Positions 60,966 to 64,000 of a stretch of 64,000 bases of DNA are shown in pieces. Origin of the DNA: Vibrio sp. (GTDB lineage Bacteria > Pseudomonadota > Gammaproteobacteria > Enterobacterales > Vibrionaceae). A program made the translations under genes and the position numbers. Within the stretch, counting starts at the first letter, position 1, and each line of letters opens with the position of its first letter. Location: NCBI GenBank assembly GCA_052087065.1, contig JBQGON010000001.1, positions 8,636 through 72,635 on the forward strand. The letters run 5' to 3'. The notes under the pieces were generated by a model. The model was not told where the DNA came from. It ran no database searches and saw only the letters and a list, made by a program, of their open reading frames with translations.

Positions 60966-61038
60966 TTTGCTTAGAGTCATTGCAATGGCCTAATGACTCG
61001 ATATACTCGTATAAGGCTTTCACAAAGAGAAATCAGCT

Positions 61039-61578
61039 ATGGAATACAACACCTCTGCACTATGTGATGTTTATCTAGATCAAGTAGATGTCGTGGAACC
61101 GCTTTTCAGTAATTTTGGAGGCAGTGCATCCTTTGCCGGACAAATCACCACAGTAAAATGTTTTGAAGATAATGGTTTGATTCGCGCGACATTAGAGCAA
61201 GATGGTGTCGGACGTATTTTGTTAGTTGATGGTGGTGGCTCATTGCGCCGAGCATTGATTGATGCTGAGCTAGCTGCATTAGCAGAAGAAAATGAATGGG
61301 AAGGCATTGTCATTTATGGCAGTGTACGTGAAGTCGATGATTTAGAAGAAATGAACATCGGTATTCAGGCGATGGCTTCTATCCCAGTAGCAGCGGCAGG
61401 TTTGGCGACAGGTGAAGTCGATGTGGCCGTTAACTTCGGTGGTGTCACTTTCCTACCAGAAGATTATTTATACGCCGATAACACCGGTATTATTCTTTCA
61501 CAAGAGCCATTAAATATGGAGACGGTGGATGATGGTGAAGAAGACGATAGCGTTTTCGATGAGCTAGAAATGGTATAG
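61039..61578 (+). CDS. rraA: Regulator of ribonuclease activity A
   Basis: [28 protein letters not shown]. Confidence 0.96.
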   Translation: MEYNTSALCDVYLDQVDVVEPLFSNFGGSASFAGQITTVKCFEDNGLIRATLEQDGVGRILLVDGGGSLRRALIDAELAALAEENEWEGIVIYGSVREVDDLEEMNIGIQAMASIPVAAAGLATGEVDVAVNFGGVTFLPEDYLYADNTGIILSQEPLNMETVDDGEEDDSVFDELEMV

Positions 61579-61594
61579 CCTTTTTCACAAAGAG

Positions 61595-61621
61595 AAGTCG
61601 CACTGAACTGCGGCTTTTTTT
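61595..61621 (+). terminator. Terminator of rraA
   Basis: AAGTCGCA-ctgaac-TGCGGCTT followed by a T run. Confidence 0.6.
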
Positions 61622-61625
61622 ATGC

Positions 61626-62990
61626 CTAGTTTCCGAGGGCAGTCTCATGATCACTGTGAGCGACCGCGTGATGTTTTAGCTTTAATGTGTAGAGGTAACC
61701 AAAAATTCCCCCCAAGATATTCCCTATCGCCGTTCCTGCAAATAACCCTTCCGCACCATAGAAATAGGAACCTAACCACGCGCATGGTAGGCATAGAATA
61801 AACAGCCGGATAACACTCCATACGAGTGCACGGTTCGGTTGATGCAACGCATTTAATGCACTCACCAGCATCATGACTACGCCCTGAAAACCGTAGCTTA
61901 ATGGAACCAGTAACAGGTACTGGCTTAAATAATGTTGCACGTGTTGGTCATTGGAAAATAGCGCTGCCAAGGCAGACGTAACAGGCAGTATCAACGCAAA
62001 AAGTCCTAACTGAAACACAAGGCTAAAACGCATACTGAGAAATAGCCCGGCAAAGCTGCGCTGCGGATTGTGCGCCCCAAAGTTTTGCGACATAAAAGGC
62101 GTTAACGCGGATGTTAATGACATCGTGACCAAAATAAGAATCGATTCAATTCGTTGTGCCGCACCATAAGCCGCGACAGCCGCATTGCCGTGCTGTGAGA
62201 GTATACTCATAATAATCGCGCCGAATAAGGGCATCATGGCGGTTGAGAACCCCGCAGGTGCTCCAATTTTTAATATACAGCGCCAATGCCTAGTGATATG
62301 AGAATAGAACGGCTGACACAACAGTTGCTTACGACAGATTAAAACGAACATTATTCCAACGAAGGCAAAAACCCAAGCAATGCTGCTCGCGATGGCTGCG
62401 CCCTGAATCCCTAACTTGGGGAAAGGGCCATAACCAAAGATCAGCAGTGGATCGAGTACGCCATTGATAATACCTGAGCCAATCATGATAACGGCGGGGG
62501 CCTTCGTATCACCACTAGAACGAATCGCGCTGCTCCCCACCATCGGTATGATTAACAATGGAATGGTGACATACCAGATAGACATGTATTGGTTTATGAG
62601 TGGAAGCAGTGCCGTGTTTGCCCCGAGTAGCGAGAAGAGCGGTGTTATAGTCAGGCGCCCAGTCACAGATGCAATGGCAATAAGGGTAAAGGTCAGTAAT
62701 AAGCCATGCGTAGTAAATAAGGCGGCTTGGCGATGGTGGCCTTTGCCTAGCAAGCGCCCCACATGAGTGGACACCCCTACGCCTAAGCCCATGCCGATAC
62801 AGTTGAGAGCGAAAGTGATCGGAAAGGTAAAGCTCACCGCCGCTAATGGTTCGGTGCCTAACAGTGAGATAAAAAAGGTATCGACCAGATTGAACATCAA
62901 TATTGCTAACATTCCAAGCGAGGTTGGAACGGCCATCTTGCGTAATACAACACTGATGGGCGCAGAAAGGAGTCCGTGTTTATCTAGCAT
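61626..62990 (-). CDS. MATE family efflux transporter
   Basis: LFNLVDTFFISLLG, RSSGDTKAP, LDPLLIFG, about 12 TM segments. Confidence 0.9.
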   Translation of the reverse strand: MLDKHGLLSAPISVVLRKMAVPTSLGMLAILMFNLVDTFFISLLGTEPLAAVSFTFPITFALNCIGMGLGVGVSTHVGRLLGKGHHRQAALFTTHGLLLTFTLIAIASVTGRLTITPLFSLLGANTALLPLINQYMSIWYVTIPLLIIPMVGSSAIRSSGDTKAPAVIMIGSGIINGVLDPLLIFGYGPFPKLGIQGAAIASSIAWVFAFVGIMFVLICRKQLLCQPFYSHITRHWRCILKIGAPAGFSTAMMPLFGAIIMSILSQHGNAAVAAYGAAQRIESILILVTMSLTSALTPFMSQNFGAHNPQRSFAGLFLSMRFSLVFQLGLFALILPVTSALAALFSNDQHVQHYLSQYLLLVPLSYGFQGVVMMLVSALNALHQPNRALVWSVIRLFILCLPCAWLGSYFYGAEGLFAGTAIGNILGGIFGYLYTLKLKHHAVAHSDHETALGN

Positions 62991-63075
62991 AGAAAGTGCA
63001 ATCTGAGAGAGTAGGGTGGCACAGGATACTTGATTCTCTGGTTGGGCTCTAGACAAGCCAACATGTTTTTACAAT

Positions 63076-63105
63076 AAAAAAGCGAGCTCATACGCTCGCT
63101 TTTTT
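63076..63105. terminator. Terminator of tpiA
   Basis: AAAAAAGCGAGC-tcatac-GCTCGCTTTTTT. Confidence 0.85.
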
Positions 63106-63135
63106 GACACATAGAATGATGTGTTAACTGATTGC

Positions 63136-63909
63136 TTACGCTTTTTTCGCTTCAGCAGCCGCGGCTGCGATAGCGGCAAAGCTATCTGCTTTAAGAGACG
63201 CACCGCCAACCAATGCACCATCGATATCTGGGTTTTGGAAGTAAGATTGTGCGTTTTCAGGCTTAACAGAACCACCGTATTGGATGATAAGCTGTTCTGC
63301 GACGGCCGCATCGTGTTTGGCGATGTGAGAACGGATGAACGCGTGGATACGCTGTGCATCATCAGCTGTCGCTGCTTTGCCGGTGCCGATTGCCCAGATT
63401 GGTTCGTACGCAATGATTGCGCCATTGAACGCAGCAATACCACAGTGGTTGATGACAGCATCGATTTGGCGTGAAACGACAGCTTCTGTTTCGCCCGCTT
63501 CGTTCTGTGCATCGGATTCACCAATACATAGTACCGGAGTTAGGCCGTTTTCTTTTAGGAAGGCAAATTTCTTAGCAACAAACTCGTCAGATTCTTCGTG
63601 GTATTCACGACGCTCTGAGTGACCGATGATGATATGAGTCGCGCCAAAATCTTTCAGCATTTCAGGAGACATATCACCGGTGAATGCACCGCTGTTGTTT
63701 ACGTCTGTGTTTTGTGCACCCAGAATAAGCTTGCTACCGTTTTCTTTGATCAGGCGTTCTGCTTGGTCAATGTAAAGTGCAGGTGGAGCGACAACGACAT
63801 CAACACCATCGATATCGGCAGTCTCAGTGTTTAGTCCGTTAAGAAGTTCAGTAACCATTGCTTTGTTACCGTTTAGTTTCCAGTTACCCATCACTACAGG
63901 ACGACGCAT
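63136..63909 (-). CDS. tpiA: Triosephosphate isomerase
   Basis: [39 protein letters not shown]. Confidence 0.98.
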   Translation of the reverse strand: MRRPVVMGNWKLNGNKAMVTELLNGLNTETADIDGVDVVVAPPALYIDQAERLIKENGSKLILGAQNTDVNNSGAFTGDMSPEMLKDFGATHIIIGHSERREYHEESDEFVAKKFAFLKENGLTPVLCIGESDAQNEAGETEAVVSRQIDAVINHCGIAAFNGAIIAYEPIWAIGTGKAATADDAQRIHAFIRSHIAKHDAAVAEQLIIQYGGSVKPENAQSYFQNPDIDGALVGGASLKADSFAAIAAAAAEAKKA

Positions 63910-64000
63910 AGGAATATCTCCGTTTTTCATTAATTAAAAAATACTGGCTAAGAATATACCAGATAAAATGGGTCAGATCATGATGAGAGTCATGTCTTTC

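Noticed and set aside
63069-63524. 151-aa alternative-frame ORF within tpiA on the same strand
   Set aside because: Explained by tpiA codon bias; runs into the terminator; no motif
1-64000. CRISPR arrays, tRNA/rRNA genes, IS elements, integron attC repeats, prophage or defence genes
   Set aside because: No regularly spaced repeats, RNA-gene signatures, recombinases or transposases were seen; nearly all the sequence is explained by the listed CDSs and short spacers

Overview
A 64-kb, mostly core-genome segment of a Vibrio-type large chromosome. Left to right: the type II secretion operon (gspD partial to gspN); cysQ, nudE, nfuA, comF, bioH, a conserved hypothetical, tex; an accessory tctE/tctD + tctCBA (tripartite tricarboxylate transporter) module between tex and greB; greB, ompR, envZ, xanP, an unknown membrane protein, recG, trmH, spoT, rpoZ, gmk, yhhQ (with a preQ1-I riboswitch), a CrbR-like regulator, dsbD, aspA, a diguanylate cyclase, fxsA, trmL, cpxA, cpxR, fieF, pfkA, glpX, zapB, metL, metB, metJ, malic enzyme, rpmE, priA, cytR, ftsN, hslV, hslU, menA, rraA, a MATE transporter and tpiA. 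I saw no integrase, transposase, CRISPR array, tRNA/rRNA, prophage or defence gene, and I cannot support a large novel multi-gene system here. The best leads are: (1) cpxP is absent while a perfect CpxR box remains directly upstream of fieF; (2) a divergent TTT transporter with its own two-component system and no linked catabolic genes; (3) a multi-hairpin 5' leader in front of xanP, downstream of a promoter overlapped by a PurR box; (4) several genes I recall at this locus in other vibrios are absent (metF, dcuA, sodA, acetate symporter); (5) a terminator-like hairpin between ompR and envZ. Comparisons with V. cholerae gene order are from memory and need a synteny check.
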